Source: Cetorhinus maximus (lineage: Eukaryota). Taken from it: DNA of 64,000 nucleotides. Positions 62,222-64,000 of the stretch are shown one piece after another. The stretch spans positions 4,588,001-4,652,000 of the forward strand of contig NC_135903.1 in the NCBI RefSeq assembly GCF_964194155.1, in the 5' to 3' direction. A program made the translations under genes and the position numbers. The notes below the pieces were generated by a model. That model did not search any database. It saw nothing but the letters and a program-made list of their open reading frames with translations, and had not been told where the DNA came from. Within the stretch, counting starts at the first letter, position 1. Each line of letters starts with the position of its first letter.

Positions 62222-63252
62222 GAAGCTGCTAACAAGGCAATGAGAGATGAGGTAATCAATACACTTCTATTTTGAATTACATTAAGTGTGTGAATTGCTT
62301 CTGTCACATCAGTCTAGCTTTGCGATACTGTTTAAGAATTTAAAATTGGTGCTCATTTGATCTGAGCTAATCCACTTTTAACAGTAATCTAGAGGAGGCC
62401 ATTCGGCCCCTCAAAGCTATTCCACTATTCATTTAAGTGGACGGTTGGTCTGTACCTCAACTCCATTTCCCTGCCTTTGCTCCACATTTTCCCTGATACT
62501 CTTAATGAGGTTAGATATTCTTCTGCTCTCCTGGAGAATTTGTTCTCCTCAGACAGGGCAGAGGGATAAAAGGAGTAAACATCCATTGCATTGGGTCTCC
62601 CTAATCACTCGGTGGTGAATTGGGAAGCACTTCCTCATGTTAAAGTCACTATCCATACATTGAGGAAAGGATAAATCTGGAACCAGTCTTTTCCTTAAGC
62701 CAGGTTTATTTCCAAGACCACCGAGTAGAAGGCACAGATTCCTCTTGTTTCCCCCAACACCCAGTATGAACCGGTTTTTATACACGTGTAATAAATCCCT
62801 GATTGTTCCCCAATTAGTGGGAGCTGCACTTAATTACAAACTCAAAAGCATGCACTCCGTTGTAACATGATTCCAACATTAACACCTCACACAATGGGTA
62901 GTGGGAATCTCTCACCCCCGAAAAAAATGCTTTGGATGCAGAGTCAATTAAACTTTCAAGACAGAGGTTATTGGATTTTTGTTGGGTATCAGGGAAACAT
63001 GAAATAAAGGTAGGAAAGTGGAGCGGAGGTACAGATCAACCATCCGCTAAATGTATAGTGGAACAGTCTTGAGGGGCTTAACGGTCTGCTCTACATTCCA
63101 ATTAAAGCCGAATTAGCTCCGATCAAATGAGCACCAATTCCAAATATCAAAATCCAGATTAATGTGACAGAAGCAATTCATACACTTAAAAATGCAATTC
63201 AAAACAGAGGTGTATTGATTACCTCATCTCTCATTGCCTTGTTAGCAGGTTC
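62222..63252. repeat. Long inverted repeat: arms 62222-62499 and 62986-63252, spacer 486 bp
   Basis: Perfect complementary blocks of 39 bp (62226-62264 / 63210-63248), 19 bp (62291-62309 / 63162-63180) and 19 bp (62344-62362 / 63121-63139). The inner arm halves are CR1 3' tails. Confidence 0.93.
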
Positions 63253-63864
63253 ATTCATAAATTATTTAGACCTGATAAAAATAAAGAGCCACTTACGGCT
63301 GTTGTACAGATTGTGTTGATGAATAATGAAAGCCAAATATGCAGTGTAGTGAGTGGAGTCTGACTCTATGATCTAAGTAGCAAACGGCTGCTTTGGGCTT
63401 TTCCCGGAGGCGTTAATGGGGCCTGCTTTAAACAGAGGAGTAAATAATAACAATTTATGGGGAGCAATTTGCACAGAATAAACTATCAATGAGTATTTAA
63501 AAGGAAATGCAGCATTTTGAAAACAACTAATAAATGATTAAACAAATGTAAATCACTATGCGGAAGGCAGTCCAAAACATGCATTGGGTTAATCATGTTG
63601 ATTAAAAAGTTTTAGATTCAAAATTTGAAATATATTTATTGCTGAAGCTTTTCAACTTGTACTCATCAGGACAAACACAAGAATGCCAAATTTCAAATGC
63701 TCACAAATTACACCACAGGTTTTCTGTATAGTAAAGTTGTGATTGTTTGAAATGTGGCATTCTTGCATTTGTCCTGAGCGCTTATATATATATTATGTAT
63801 GTGTATATGAAAAATAAAGCTCCAGTTTTGAATTTTAAACCTTGTAACCAGTATATCATTGACA

Positions 63865-64000
63865 TTTGCAGCACACAAGAAAGCTATTGAGCCCATCATG
63901 CCTATGCCAGCTCTTTGAAAGTGTTACCCAATTAGTCTCACTCCCTCCTTTGTAGACCACACCCTTGCCACCTTTCTCTTTTTCTAAGTATATATCAAAT
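63865..64000 (-). mobile_element. CR1 3' tail running off the window edge
   Basis: gcagcacacaagaaagctattgagcccatcatgcctatgccagctc resembles the tails at 7975 and 42795. Confidence 0.6.

Overview
This is repeat-dense vertebrate genomic DNA. The repeat families suggest a cartilaginous fish (inference, not a database result). No host protein-coding exon could be identified with confidence; almost all ORFs in the track are fragments of transposable elements or products of simple repeats. The window contains many CR1 LINE copies (one with ORF1 SGNH, APE and RT regions), L2 fragments and Penelope-like elements with GIY-YIG and a degenerate hammerhead motif. It also holds a PIF/Harbinger transposon with a 3-exon Myb/SANT gene and a deleted transposase, many related MITEs, three tRNA-SINE families, a solo LTR, two minisatellites and two assembly gaps. 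A repeat-poor, GC-richer segment at about 27.3-28.45 kb with good splice donors may be the 5' end of a host gene. The most striking observation is a ~3.1 kb element (22009-25083, minus strand) in which a tRNA-derived Pol III head is fused directly to an APE-RT ORF. It was inserted as a single unit that splits one older SINE, and short SINEs in the window look like its internal-deletion derivatives. The second most striking is a ~270 bp-arm inverted repeat at 62.2-63.25 kb whose non-repeat part is better conserved than its repeat part. Boundaries of degenerate repeats are approximate.
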